In this document: positions 22,041 through 36,649 of the stretch, one piece after another | Layout: each line of letters begins with the position of its first letter | Numbering within the stretch: the first letter of the stretch is position 1 | Assembly: GCA_964016885.1 (NCBI GenBank) | Contig: OZ024742.1 | Span: 30,504,001 to 30,568,000, forward strand | DNA from: Eledone cirrhosa | Lineage: Eukaryota | Reading direction: 5' to 3' | Length of the DNA stretch: 64,000 nucleotides | The notes under the pieces: model-generated | What the model saw: only the letters and a program-made list of their open reading frames with translations | What the model was told of the DNA's origin: nothing | The model's database searches: none | Made by a program: the position numbers and the translations under genes

Positions 22041-22257
22041 TCTGTGTGTGTGTTGAAACAGATTTTGTATAACTTTTGGAAGGTCATGCTACCAATGAAA
22101 ATACACACACCAGTTGAGTTTTTCGTTTTGGGTTTTTATTATTAGTCAGGTAACTAATCTATTCAGCTATTGGTTTAGTAACCAGGTGGTTGTTTCATTA
22201 TCAAAGCTTTTTTTGTCATACATTCTGCGACCTTCTCAATATATATATATATATCTA

Positions 22258-22478
22258 GCCCACACTGTAAAGTAGTTGTGTAGGGTTCATGACAAAAAAG
22301 CACCCAGCATATACTATAAATGTGGTTGGCATTAAGAAGGGCATCCAACAGTTGAAACCTAGCCAGAAACAGTCTTATATGAGCAAGACACGGTCACCTG
22401 ACCCAACTTGCCTCTAATGAGACAACCCGTCTAACCCATGCTAGTGAGCGTGGAAAATGGACGTTAAATGATGATGAT
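22258..22478 (+). mobile_element. RTE-type 3' UTR fragment
   Basis: gaagggcatcca...acccatgctag..cgtggaaaatggacgttaaatgatgatg; starts at a (TA)n tract. Confidence 0.7.
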
Positions 22479-23465
22479 ATGTGTGTGTGATTTTACACGA
22501 ACGAAACAGTTCGTCCTGTAGAAGTAATTTTTATATACAATAAAGATGCATATACTCTACCAAAGTATTGAGTACCTTTTTTGGCTGTGGTCCCCCCCCC
22601 CCATACCACTCGGGAACTTGCATGCTATATATATATATATATAAAGAGAAAATTGTTTTAAAACCGTGGTTTAGGTGTCTCAAATAGTTGTCCCAAAACT
22701 TATCGTAACCTTGAACCATTAAACTTAAATTATATATCTCCTGTACCACAATCAAGAACGACCCTTCAACGTATTTTTTCAGACAATCCCTACTATCCTA
22801 TTTTTAATAAAACATTAAATATATTTTAGATCGAGAATTTATACATTAAATAGAAACGTATAATAAATTATTTATTTAGTTTCATTACAATATACATTAT
22901 CTCGTGGAACACACTTAAGGAAACACTATTCTAAAATAATTTGTGTAGCTTAGCGGCGATGTATTTTGATATGAAATCGTGTTGAAATGTGATTTATTTT
23001 ACACACTTTGTGGGTATTCTTTATAAAATAAAATAGAAATTTGTTCGCAATATAAAATCTTCCTGATTATCTGCGGAGTTTATATTGGGGGAATGTAAAA
23101 CATTAATTTGGTTTTAAATAACGAAACGTAATATATGTTCTTTTAAAATGAAACGTTAGATATATTTTGTTTACAATGATTTAAATATTTTAGTACGAAT
23201 GTAAACATATATGTATATAAATGTGTGAACATTAAGAAGCACTGGGAAAATATGTCGTTTCAATGTAAATGAATATAATAATAGTTAATATCTTGATATT
23301 AGTTGAGAAAATTGAGAAAAGTACCCCTAGAGACGGGAAAATGGATAGTGGTGGCCACACTTTTCAGGCTCCAGGAGTACTTTACAAGATTTTATCAATA
23401 TTTATAACTGATCTAGTATTATTATAGTCATTTACATGGAGATGACTACATTTCAAATATATTTA

Positions 23466-23653
23466 TACGAAAAGTTCATGGGTTGACTAAGAATGTGTAA
23501 TGCTAGAGCTGTAAAACCTTGCATGCTTTAATTTCAACCCTTACTAATAACTGCATTGTTTCTTTCCAGGGACTATGTTGAAAAATAAACCTCATTTGGT
23601 CATTCAATGAGAGTATCTTGGTCAGCCTTTGAACTTTTTAGCCGAACCTCGTA
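23466..23653. mobile_element. Probable Tc1/mariner MITE remnant
   Basis: tacgaaaagttcatgggttgac / gtcagcctttgaactttttagccgaacctcgta imperfect TIRs with TA ends. Confidence 0.45.
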
Positions 23654-24239
23654 GATTTAAAAAAGAAATTAGTGGTAGGTTTAAAAACAATCAAGTTTGT
23701 ATTGGCTGCCACACGTAGGAATTGACTGCACACCTAAATTATACATCAACCATAATTTACACAGCTAAATTATAAATGAACTGGATTAGTATCTTAGACG
23801 AAATACATTGTTCTTTATATAAAACAACTATAAATTTAATATTTCTGTTTACTATAAATTTACGAGAATCTGTTCACATGGAATTTTGACAACTTTGTTA
23901 TCTCCCCTTCTGCCTGTCATGAAATTTAGAACTTTGTTTTCGCTATTTTGGCTATCTGCAGACCTTTTTTTTTTATGTAGTTTTTAGTATGGTAGGGAAG
24001 GGTAATGGATAGTGCTCATCCCTCAGTACTTCAGAGACTGGTGGGAAGGAAAAAGGTATCCCCAAGCCAGATGTCTAGTCTAAATGCTAGCAACAGGGAG
24101 TAGATTGGTGGTGTTAAACCAGGCTGTGAAACAATTAAAAATTATAGGCAATGTTTTTCATTAGAAATATGGTAAAGAATTGGTTAACACTAATTCAAAC
24201 CGAATTAAATAAACTTAGGAATATTTTACAAACCCATGT

Positions 24240-24612
24240 TTAATACAGAAAGAAAGATAAAAGCAAAATTAAGTAATGAGAAAATGGGGAAGGGGTAAGG
24301 AAGGGCAGATTTGGCTGTATGGGAAAGTAGAGGAAAGGACTATGAAAGCCATAAATGAGAGGGAAAGCAAAGACTCTAGGGCCACAGAAGAAAGGGGAGG
24401 GAGTGTGATGGGCTCTGGGCCTTTGGGTCTGCGGGACATGGACAAGACCACAAAAGCATTTCCGTGAACAATGGCCAGCAACACCTGCTGAAACAGCCAC
24501 CCCACCTCACAGGGCTCCTTCCTCAGACAGGTTGCTGATATTCCGATCTTGTGGAGGAGCTTGGCAATACAGGGTCCAAGTATGCCTGAGGTCTCAACGG
24601 TGGCCAGACAAT
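24240..24612 (-). mobile_element. 3' fragment of an RLE-type (CRE-clade-like) non-LTR retrotransposon
   Basis: Minus frame TVETSGILGP...EVGWLFQQVLLAIVHGNA matches the CRE C-terminal pattern VETxG...L(F)QRLSxAIxRGNA. Confidence 0.7.
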
Positions 24613-25870
24613 CCCCAGTATTTATTTATCTTCCTTTCATCTGCATTGTGGGCCGCAGTTCCAGGGTTTGTGGCCGAAGCCACTAAGTTGGAGGCGAAGA
24701 ATGTTTAGAAACTGTTATTTTTGTGGTTAAAAAACTAAAAAGTGAGGGGAAATCTGTACATTTAATCATACACTTAATCAGTTCTAATTTCTATAGTTGG
24801 ATGACATTTCTAACAGCTAAACACTTGTAAAGTAAGAGTGGAATCTGATGACTCTGAATATTTTAGCCTTTCTAAGATGTTAGGGTAATATCAAAAGGAA
24901 ATTTAGTTTATTGCTGGTCAGGTGACTACTACAGTGAGGCTTATCTATATCCTTTCTTACCAACATCAGAAGACATGAAATATAACAGATATCCACCCAC
25001 CAGAGAGTATGGACCTTTCACACCCTTATACCACTGCTGTGAGCTGGTTGCAGCGCCTGGGGTATGTCATGTGATCGATGTCTCATACAAAAGAAAAAAC
25101 AAAGAAAGAGCAACTATCACCCCCAACAACATAAACATACATTCACAATTTTCCATTGCTCCTGGCAACTACTCCCTACTGAGGTTTGTATCATCTGAGA
25201 GTTGATTGATGAAGGTTTGAGCAGGTCTTCCTCTAGAGTGTCTCCCATGAATCAGTCCCCATAATAAAGAGACAGATAGATACATAGATCATCATCATTT
25301 CAACCAGAGTCAAACATTCTTGACAAAGTCTCTCCATAATTCACCATTTTACATTGCTCCTGGCAACTGCTTTCATAGTTACACTATGAAAGCCACCCAG
25401 TCCACTAGTAGTTGCGCTGGTGCCACAAGAAGAAGCACCCAGTCATACCAAAGTCATGATAAAATGCTCCCAGTACGTGCTCTAAAATGTTAAAGAAGGG
25501 CATCCAGCCACACTGTAAAGTGGTTGGTGTTAGGAAGGGCATCCAGCCATAGAAACCATACTCTCAGTATATACTGTATATCCTGTAAAGTAGTTGGTGT
25601 TAGGTAGATCATCCAGCTGTTGAAAACCAAGCCAAAATGGAACATGCAAGCAGTCACCTCATCACCTGATGGTGGTGGCTATTATGATAAGGGTGGTGGT
25701 AGTGGTGATCATCGCAGTGATGGCAGTAGTGGTGGTGGTGTAAGTCAATGAAATGAAAGGCTACAGGAAAAGTAATTTATTTGTGTGAGGTGATGCACAG
25801 TACGATTGAACCTAAAACCATGTAACTGTGAGATGAACTTCTTAACTTCACATTAATAAGGATATATATA

Positions 25871-27820
25871 TATCATCATCATCATCGTTTAACATCTATC
25901 TTCTATGCTAGCATTGGTTAGACGGAAGTTGTCCCACTTGAGGCAAGATTGGTTGGGTGACCATGTCTCGCTCGTATAGGACTATCTGGCAGGTTTTCTA
26001 TGGCTGGATGCCCTTCCTAACACCAATCACATTTACAGTATGGACTGGGAGCTTTTTACCGTGTTACTTACTTGACCACATTACAGCGTGGTCTGTGTTT
26101 TTTTTTTGTCGTGACACCTACACGATCTCATTAGTTTGGACTGGATGTTGTGGTACCAACATAACTTTATAGAGAAAGGGTGGGGTTGGCGGGAGTGGGA
26201 GGATGGAGTAGGGGTAGTGGGTTGTGGTGTATGTTTGGTTTGGAGGAGCCTACTGACTAGGTTAACTTTGCACATAGGGATGGCGGGTCTTCTGTATTTC
26301 TGCATGGTGCCAAAGATCTTGATCCAGTGACATTGTCTTAGAGAGGTGCAAGTGTGCAAGGTCGGAATTTATCATGTCGTCCCAGGTTTTTCTGAGTCTA
26401 CCTACTCTGTAACTTCCATTCATCGCCCTGCACTTTTTTATACAGCTGTCATCTTTCATGCACATCACGTGACCATACCAACATAATCTTCTCTCAAGTA
26501 AACAGCATCTGATCCCTCTTATTCCTAATTTCTCACTTAATTCATTTATGTTTTGCCGTTCGTGTATTACACATCCAACGGAGCATGCATGCTTCGTTCC
26601 TCTCCAGTCTGCGCAGGTCCTCTGCACACAATGCCCATGTTTCACTGCCATGTAACATTGCTGTTCGTATACAAGCATCATATAATCTACCTTTCATTTT
26701 CAGACAGAAAGCTTTTGTGGCCAACAACGGTATCAGCTCTCTGAACGTTTTCCATCGCATTCTAATTCTGGCTACTGTAAGTCAGAGAACCCTCCACCAC
26801 TGCTGATTTTATCACCCAGGTAACGGAAAGAGTCCATTATTTCTTGGTAGAGAGTCAGACATGCTTTCCAGCGTAGTTACGTCCCTTTACGATCTGAGTT
26901 CAAATCCCGCCGAGGTTAACTTTGCCTTTCATCCTTACGGGGTCGATAAAATAAAGTACCAGTAATACACAGGGTAATTGCTGGCCTTGTGCCAAAAGTA
27001 GTAACAATTATTTCTATAGAACCATCTGGGCAGTAGAAGGAGCTAGTATCCTGTAGGCACTTGCTACTTATTGCACCTGAGCATCGGCCACATATAAAAT
27101 CTACGTTCTAAGATAGCTTGCCTGTGATCCCACTACATCTTTTATGTACTCATAGTTTGCATTTAGGGCATAGAATGGAATTTCTACCTACTCCTTTCCT
27201 ACACACTGAGCATGGCCATTTCCCAGAGGGCACCTGTGCCCTATTTTCCTTTCTACATACTAGAACTTTAGTCTTAGACAAGTTAACTTTAAGGCCTTTT
27301 GATTCTAGGCCATGCTTCCATGTTTGGATTTTCTCCCCTAGTTCAGCCATAGATTCAGCTATGAGTGTTAGATCATCTGCATATAGAAGTTCCCATGGGC
27401 AGCCAGTCTTAAACTCCTCTGTTATAGCCTGAAGGGCAATAATAAACAGGAGGGTCTAAGGACAGAGCCTTGATGAACACCGACTTTTACGCTAAATTCT
27501 TCACTATATTCATTGTTAATTCTAACCTTGCTGACTGTATCTTTATACATGGCTTGTATAGTTCTCACAAGCCATTCATCTACTCCTAGCTTTCTAAGGG
27601 CCCACCAGATAATGGAGCGTGGGACTCTGTCAAAGACTTTCTCCAAGTCAACATAAGCTAAGTAGAGCGGTTTACTTTTAGCTAGATACTTCTCCTGTAG
27701 TTGTCATACAAGGAAAAGAGTATCTGTGGTACTTTTACCTGACACAAACCCAAACTGCATTTCATCTAGATCAATTCAATCTCTGATTAGTTGTGCTATA
27801 ACTCTTTCTGTGACCTTCAT
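25871..27820 (-). mobile_element. 5'-truncated RTE LINE containing a SINE insertion
   Basis: RT, PHD and C-terminal fragments (ORFs 26262-26760, 27150-27646); (CAT)n tail next to (TA)n. Confidence 0.93.
26845..27006 (+). mobile_element. MetaSINE-like SINE inserted in the RTE
   Basis: 9-bp TSD ATTATTTCT at 26836-26844 and 27007-27015. Confidence 0.9.
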
Positions 27821-27852
27821 GCCTATCTTAATATATCTATATCTATATATAT

Positions 27853-28187
27853 ATCATCATCATTTTACGTCCGCTTTTCCCTGCTTGCAAGGGTGGGACA
27901 GGAACTGATTCTGGCTTGATTTCTACAGCTGGATGCCCTTCCTAACACCAACCTCATTTACAGTGAGTGCTGGGTGCTTTTTTTCTGTGGTGCCTCCACG
28001 ACCACTTTGCAGTGGAATGATATGGACCCCAGTCCCTATCATCTCATTTCTACAGCTGAGTAAACTGGAGCAATGTGAAATAAAGTGTCTTGCTCAAGGA
28101 AACAACACATCACTCGGTCTGAGAATAGAACTCACAACCTTTCGATTGCAAGGTCAATGCTCTAACCACTAAGCCATGTGCCTCCAT
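27853..28187 (-). mobile_element. tRNA-headed CORE-like SINE with an RTE-like 3' tail
   Basis: Minus head GGAGGCACATGGCTTAGTGGTTAGAGC, B-box-like GAGTTCTATTCT, core CCTTGAGCAAGACACTT; tail shared with the RTE 3' UTR; second copy at 29302. Confidence 0.8.
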
Positions 28188-28200
28188 AAATTATATGTAC

Positions 28201-28272
28201 CTCCCCGGCGGGGAATCGAACCCCGGTCTCCCGCGTGACAGGCGGGGATACTTACCACTATACTACCGAAGA
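28201..28272 (-). tRNA. tRNA-Asp (GTC)
   Basis: TCTTCGGTAGTATAGTGGTAAGTATCCCCGCCTGTCACGCGGGAGACCGGGGTTCGATTCCCCGCCGGGGAG: 72 nt, intact cloverleaf, anticodon GTC, A and B boxes present. Confidence 0.92.
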
Positions 28273-28422
28273 TGTATGTTATATTTTAATGTTCATAGAC
28301 ATTTCTATGGACCACGTCCAATATTAGTGGGTTCTCTAGGAATGTAACCCCCGCGAATACCAGGGGACAACTGTATATTCAATTTAACCTTGTTTACAAA
28401 CTTTGGTAAACACACACACACA

Positions 28423-28464
<42 letters not shown>

Positions 28465-29301
28465 TCATCATTTTACGTCCGCTTTTCCCTGCTTATATAT
28501 ATATGACTGTCTATTACTGTGTGTGTGTGTGTGTGCGTGTGTGTGCATATGCTCATGTACAGCGATGTGTGTGACATGTACTTTTATGAGTGCAAAATCT
28601 ATTAAGTAATCACATAATTGTGTTTTTCCTGTATTGAAACACATAATAATTCATTGTCTTTCTGCTTTAAGTACACACAAATATACACACACAAACAAAC
28701 AAAAATACAATATCTATTCATAACCCCTCCACTCCATTCTCTTCATCGCCTCAACCTCCATCATCCATCCCTCTATCCTCAACCTCCATCATCCATCCCT
28801 CTATCCTCAACCTCCCTCCTCTTCTTCATAAGTATTGCTGTCAACTTTATAACAGTATGGTGGTGCTTGACAAAAAACTATCTGAGGTTTTTCAGGAAAT
28901 TCTTTCATCTATCTAAACATCCCCCTTCCCCTCCCTACCTCATCCACAGCATTCCACCTTCCAATCTAACAGTAGTTCTTAAGTAGTGACTAGTAGAAAA
29001 CTTAACTCCACCCATTATTTATTTATTTATTTGCCCCTTTCACCAATCACATTCACAGATTCTTCACCTATTGGCCTTCACATGTTGGCTAAACCCAGCC
29101 TATCAGTAAATATTTAACTCTTTCAATTACTATATTTCTTATGAAAGAAACTACTTATGGTTGTCAAATCATTTCTCAAATAATCAAGAATTTACTAACT
29201 AACTTTGCCGTTATTTATGAGGGGTTTTTAACAAAACGTTTTTAGATAAATATAAACACTTTAACCCTTTTGTTACCATATTTCTAACGAAAGAAATTAC
29301 T

Positions 29302-29603
29302 TCATCATCATCATTTTACGTCAGCTTTTCTCTGCTTGCAAGGGTGGGACGGGAACTGATTCTGGCTTGATTTCTATAGCTGGATGCCCTTCCGAACACC
29401 AACCTCGTTTACAGTGTGTGCTGGGTGCTTTTTTGCAGTGGAATGATAGGGACCCTAGTCCCTATCATCTCATTTCTACAGCTGAGTAAACTGGAGCAAT
29501 GTGAAATAAAGTGTCTTGCTCAAGGAAACAACACATCACCCGATCTGAGAATTGAACTCACAACCTTTCGATTGCAAGGCCAATGCTCTAACCACTAAGC
29601 CAT
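29302..29603 (-). mobile_element. Second copy of the CORE-like SINE
   Basis: Highly similar to 27853-28187. Confidence 0.8.
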
Positions 29604-29769
29604 TTTTTTTAAATAATCAAGAATTTGGAAGGATTTAGTGATATAACTAACGTTGCCATTACTTATGAAGGCGCATGGCTTAGTGGTTAGAACATTGAGC
29701 TTGCAATTAAAAGGTTGTGAGTTTGATTCTCAGACAGGTGCTGTTGTTGCTGCTACTTTTCCTGTTGCT

Positions 29770-30330
29770 GCTGCTCCTGTTGTTGTGTTATACAGCATCT
29801 CTCCACTTGTCACGTTCTTTTTTCATCACCTCCATGAGCTTTAGCAAGCTGAGATCAGCTCCCACCACTTCCATCCTTGGTCTCCCTTCCACTGGGATTA
29901 CTTGGCACTTCTTCACCCAGCGATCATCACCCATGTACATCACATGTCCATCCCAGTGCAGTCTCCTCTCCTGCACACTATATCTGATTCCTCTTATACT
30001 CAGTTTCTCCCTCAGTTCATCTATGCTTTGTTGTTCTCACACATTAATATTGCACATCCATCAAAGCATGCTTGCCTCATTTCTCTTCAGTCTCCACATG
30101 TCCTTTGCGTTCACTACCCATGCCTCACTACCAGGCAGTCTGGCACTTCCCACACAGGTATTATACAGCTGACCTTTCATTTGCAGGGAGAAACCTTTTG
30201 TTGTTAGCAGGGGTAGTTGTTCCCTAAACTTCTTCCATCCTGACCTTATTCTAACTACTATACTCTCTGAGTACCCTCCTCTACTGCTAATTATATCACC
30301 TAGGTAGCAGAAACTATCAACCACTTCGAT
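29770..30330 (-). mobile_element. Old RTE C-terminal fragment
   Basis: VDSFCYLGDIISS..RIRSGWKKFRE and RRLHWDGHV. Confidence 0.85.
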
Positions 30331-30634
30331 GGTTCCTTAGTAAAAGAATAAAAGAATATATATATATATATATTTCTTTTCTTTACAGAAGTTGCCTCCA
30401 TAGTTCATGTTCTAGGAATGTGCTCCATGAAGATAACCCAGGAGAGAAAAGTACTTCTTATTCTACAGCTATCTCTGGGTTATACCCATCCAATACACTG
30501 CAATGTGGAACACTCAGGGAAAGAAAAACAATACAACAGAAATTAATATTCATTTCTTAAGAAAGATTTTTTTAAATTTATGTACTTAAATTAAAATATA
30601 AAATAGGAGAAAAAAATTTTATCTAGAAAAAAAA

Positions 30635-31140
30635 AAGGGTTTGCGAGGAACTTTCAGTTATGCCACAGTATGGCAACCTCTCTATTTTTAGTGATCTACA
30701 TGATAAATACACCCAGTACATATTGTAAAGTGGTTGGTGATAGGAAGGGCATCCAACCATAGAAAGCTTGCCAAACAAAGGGTTGGGAGGACCCTTCAGT
30801 TGTTTCAAGGACATGGCAGTCTCCCTAATGCTGGTAATTTACATAATAAACACACCCAGTACATGCTGTAAAGTGGTTGCTGATAGGAACGGCATTCTGT
30901 CGTAGAAACCTTTCCAAACAAAGGGTTGGAAGGACCCTTTAGTTGTGTCAAAGACATGATAACCTCTCTTGTGTTAGTGCATTCGGTAGAACATAAAACA
31001 GTACTTAAAGATGAGGCAAACATCTGGCCTGTCTGGGAGGCCGGTAACCCCGCTTCAGTACTGACTTGGTCCATGTAGATCCATCCAATCCTTGCTAGTG
31101 GGGGAAAGCAGACATTAAAACGATTATGATGATGATGATA
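30635..31140 (+). mobile_element. RTE-type 3' UTR with ~140-bp internal tandem duplication
   Basis: caaacaaagggttgg.aggaccc..atggca..ctct blocks repeated about three times; (GAT)n tail. Confidence 0.6.
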
Positions 31141-31649
31141 TTTATATTATAAAATTGAAAAACCGTTTCATCAGGAACTTTTCATGAAATTTTGTAAAAA
31201 AGAAAAAAAAAACACCAAAAGAAAACTCAATTTTATGTTGCTGTGCTCAAAATGTTAACTTTTCAATATGTTTTCAGCATGTTTTTGATGTTTTCCATAC
31301 ATTTTCAATATGTTTTCAATATATTTTCGATATGTTTTCAATATGTTGGAAAGCTGTGGAGTTTGGGATAGAACCCATTACAATATTTTGTTACCACTCT
31401 TTACGTTCTGTGTTCAAATCCCAACAAGGTCAAATTTATTTTTCATCGTTCCAGTGTTAATGAAATACCAGTAATATACTGAGATTAAGGTGGTGTTAGG
31501 ATGGCGTAGGAAAGTCAATATAATCAACTGTTTCCCCTTTTTCTTCTGGTCTTGTGTTAGAAATTATGTTGAGAATAAAAACAATAACAATAATTGATGT
31601 AATGTAATGTGTGTGCAGTGTGGGGGGGGGGGGAGTTGTCTTCCAAATT

Positions 31650-32764
<1,115 letters not shown>

Positions 32765-34031
32765 GTATATATAAACCAATTCTACAGTTGCCCCACTCTT
32801 CATAATTCACTTCTCCAACTTCTAACATTGTTCTCTGAAAGAAATAGGAAACTACTTCATTCTATTTTCGTTTTCTTCTATACAGATAGTTGTTGTTGTT
32901 TGGAGATGGTTGTTGTTGTTGTTTAGAGGTAGTTTTATTGTTGTTTAGAGATGGTTTTGTTGTTGTTGTTGTTGTTTAGAGGTGGTTTTATTGTTGTTGT
33001 TTAGAGATGGTTTTGTTTAGAAATTGTATTTGTTGTTTTGATGTATTTTTTGTTCTTTTTTTCTTTGTTTTTTGTCCCAGTTTTCTCAATCTTTCCCTCA
33101 TTTGGTTATGCTCTCCCTCATCCCTATCTCTCTAACTCTGTCTTCTCTCTCCCACACTCTCACTTCCACACCCTCTCTATCTCCCCAACTGTCTCCTCCT
33201 TCTCTCTCCCACACTCACTCTCACTTTCTCCCCTACACCCTTACTCTTTTCCTCACTCTCTCTCCCTCTTTCTTCCACCTCTCTCTCTCTCTCTCTCTCT
33301 TTCCCATAGTCTCTCCCCCTCAATGATGTTTACTACCTACTTACATACCAATCTACATTTATTCTTAACCATTTTTATCAACAACCCTCTTTGGGTCCCC
33401 TTTCACACTCAATATTTATTGCCCCAAATTTCAAACATTTGTATTTCTTATCTCACATCTGCCGGAATTCCTTCTAAATATTGTGTACATCCCCAGCGTT
33501 CACTGTTCCACATTAGCATCTCTCTACACATCTTGTTTACCATTAGCTAAGCAGATATCACAGTAATTTTACATCCATTTGTTTAACCCCTTAAAACCCC
33601 CAATCTCCCTAAAACCACAAATATACAGGTATATCTCAGCTTAAGTTGTTTTGACTTTCATCATTTTCAAAGTTACATCAGTTTTTCTTAATATTATATG
33701 GCAGAAATAAACCTCATGTTATGTCAATTGACTCAATATTACGTCAGTCTGCCAGAAATATTAAACCATAAAATATACTTAAAAAAAAAAAAAATGCACC
33801 CATAAATGATAGTGCAGTGTACTGCACTGTACAATGTACTGTATATTGTTTATATAACCTCATAATACCGGCCACAACAACAAATTTATTTTTAATAAAA
33901 AAAATTGCCTACATAATAAACATTTTTTAATTAGAACATTCAGTTTCTGTGGCAATTGAGCATCATGATACTATTACAGTTTTTTGTTGGGTAAGATTTG
34001 AATGGCGACCCTCAGCGAATATTTGGTTTAA

Positions 34032-34705
34032 CCCTTTAGTGTTCAAATCGCCCGAAAACACCCACACTAAAAAATCGTTCTAAAAATAAACAAACCATCA
34101 TCAAAATCTCGTCAATTCGAGACTGCTGCGAGATTAGGCCCTTACCGCGAAAGTGAAACAAGTTAAAACAAGTGTATTTTTAACTTTGAAAGTGCAACAA
34201 ATTTATTTTTGGTATCAACATGGCTTATGAAAGTAGCGATACCGACTTTGAAGATTTTACACACGACGACATTCAGAATAAACAAGAAACAAACGATAAT
34301 ATTAGTGATTTATCTTCAAATGAATCTGATGTTTATATTTCTGAAATTTCGTCCGACGATGATTGTTTTGAAAGTGAAAACGAAGGAGGTCTCAAGAACG
34401 CCATTGAAAATATTACAGCAACGTGGTTGAAAAATACCACACTAATATATGTTCCCGATTTTATTCAAAATACTGGTCCACAACACACATTAGCTCCCGA
34501 TGCTAAAGCACTGGATTATTTCTTTTTGTTTTTACCACAAACTTTCTTCGAAGTTGTGGCAGAAGAGATTAATCGATATGCCCAACAACAGATTTCAAAT
34601 CAAGGAAAACCCGATCTGTTGGCGACCGACAGATGCTGCTCGAAATGCAAGCATTTTTTACCGTAAATATTATGTTCGGTATAAAACAATTTCCAAGACT
34701 GTGGA
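34032..34705 (+). mobile_element. piggyBac left end and transposase N-terminus (pseudogene)
   Basis: TTAA|CCCTTTAG terminus; ORF 34220-34666 with acidic N-terminus and GP...LDYFFLFL..FFEVVAEEINRYAQQ, continuing across frameshifts as WRPTD..EMQAFF..NIMFGI. Confidence 0.8.
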
Positions 34706-35214
34706 GGAGAACGTTCATTTTCAAGACTGAGACTTATAAAAAAATCAGCTTCGCAGCACAATTGGACAGCAGCGTTTGAACTGGCTTTTTTCACTCGTGT
34801 ATGGAAAATGAAATCCTGAAAACCATTGACTTCAAGCCAATTATAAAGCAATTCTCTTCAAAGAAATTTCGCAAATATTTGTATTGACCACCTGATTATT
34901 AATAAATAGTTCATCGTAATTTGATACTGCGCGATCTCCGTCTGTATGTTTTACGAATTGAATATCATTTGTGCTGAAATTTTTGTGTTTTTCAAGGCTC
35001 ATGTTATATTGTTCAAACGTTTGTGTTAATTAATCTTTGATGTACCACATGTTTTTAATGTATAAACACTGATTTCGTTGGAAATACCAATACAATGAAT
35101 ATATCTTGAATTATATTGATCATTTGTATTTTTAATTCCTATGAGTGGTTGTGTAGGTAGGAGCCCCAGTGTCTGCTTTGCCCGGGGGCCAATAATGCTG
35201 TTAAGATGGCCGTG
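34706..35214 (+). mobile_element. hAT transposase C-terminal dimerisation remnant and right end
   Basis: Frameshifted GERSFSRLRLIK/NQLRSTIGQQRLNWL../ENEILKTIDFKPIIKQFSSKK; terminus gcccgggggcc..gctgttaagatggccgtg resembles a CAGGGCCGTCTTAAC-type hAT TIR. Confidence 0.75.
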
Positions 35215-35426
35215 ATTCACCTTGGAGGAGGTCAGCTAAACCTGCATAGGTGTGAGCTGTCACACACACACACACTGGGGAGTAGCTATTATTAAGAGAG
35301 TGAAAGGAAAAACATTATACAGGTATACCCCGAAGTTCCATCATTTCAAGTTCTACCTTGGGGTGGCTTTAGTGGAGTCCACTTTTCCATGCTAGCGTGG
35401 AAAATGGATGTTAAACGATGATGATG

Positions 35427-36132
35427 ATTCCTTGACCACTGAGACCTTGGGATGACTTTAGTGGAGTCTATGTTGTAAATATTCCTTGACCACTGAGACC
35501 TTGGGATGGCTTTAGTGGAGTCTATGTTGTAAATATTCCTTGACCACTGAAGCCTTGGGGTGGCTTTAGTGGAGTCTATGTTGTAAATATTCCTTGACCA
35601 CTGAAGCCTTGGGGTGGCTTTAGTGGAGTCTATGTTGTAAATATTCCTTGACCACAGGCCTTGGGGTGGCTTTAGTGGAGTCTATGTTGTAAATATTCCT
35701 TGACCACTGAGGCCTTGGGGTGGCTTTAGTGGAGTCTATGTTGTAAATATTCCTTGACCACAGGCCTTGGGGTGGCTTTAGTGGAGTCTATGTTGTAAAT
35801 ATTCCTTGACCACTGAGACCTTGGGATGACTTTAGTGGAGTCTATGTTGTAAATATTCCTTGACCACTGAGACCTTGGGATGGCTTTAGTGGAGTCTATG
35901 TTGTAAATATTCCTTGACCACTGAGGCCTTGGGGTGGCTTTAGTGGAGTCTATGTTGTAAATATTCCTTGACCACTGAGGCCTTGGGGTGGCTTTAGTGG
36001 AGTCTATGTTGTAAATATTCCTTGACCACTGAGGCCTTGGGGTGGCTTTAGTGGAGTCTATGTTGTAAATATTCCTTGACCACTGAGGCCTTGGGGTGGC
36101 TTTAGTGGAGTCTATGTTGTAAATATTCCTTG
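35427..36132. repeat. 54-bp minisatellite, about 13 copies
   Basis: Unit ATTCCTTGACCACTGAGGCCTTGGGGTGGCTTTAGTGGAGTCTATGTTGTAAAT; partial unit at 35356-35379. Confidence 0.95.
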
Positions 36133-36649
36133 TGGAGTTTGTATTGTAAGTATTGGAGCCAGGTTGATGACATGAAGGTATCTTGGTACCTCAGTGTAAT
36201 GTACCCTACCACAGTAATACATTAGTATTACCACTACATTCATCACCACCAACACTACAACCACCATCACCACTACTACCACCACCACAATCTATTACCA
36301 TAACCATTGCCATCATCACCACTTCCATCACAACCACACTACCACAATCACCGCTAACACCACCACCACCACAACCATTACCATCACACTACTACCACTA
36401 CCATAACCATCGCCACCACCACTATCACGTCAAGTTAAAAAGTAACTATTAAACTTATATAAATAGACAATTGACATGATCCCACCTGTAATATATCTGT
36501 TACTATGGAAACAGTCAATATGATCACACCCAGGATATATCCGTTGCTATGGAAACAAACAACTGACATGATTCCCATATAGTTGTATCCGTTGCTATAG
36601 AAACAATGGACACACAACACTGTTCAACCCAAGGCTATGGTCATTTGTT

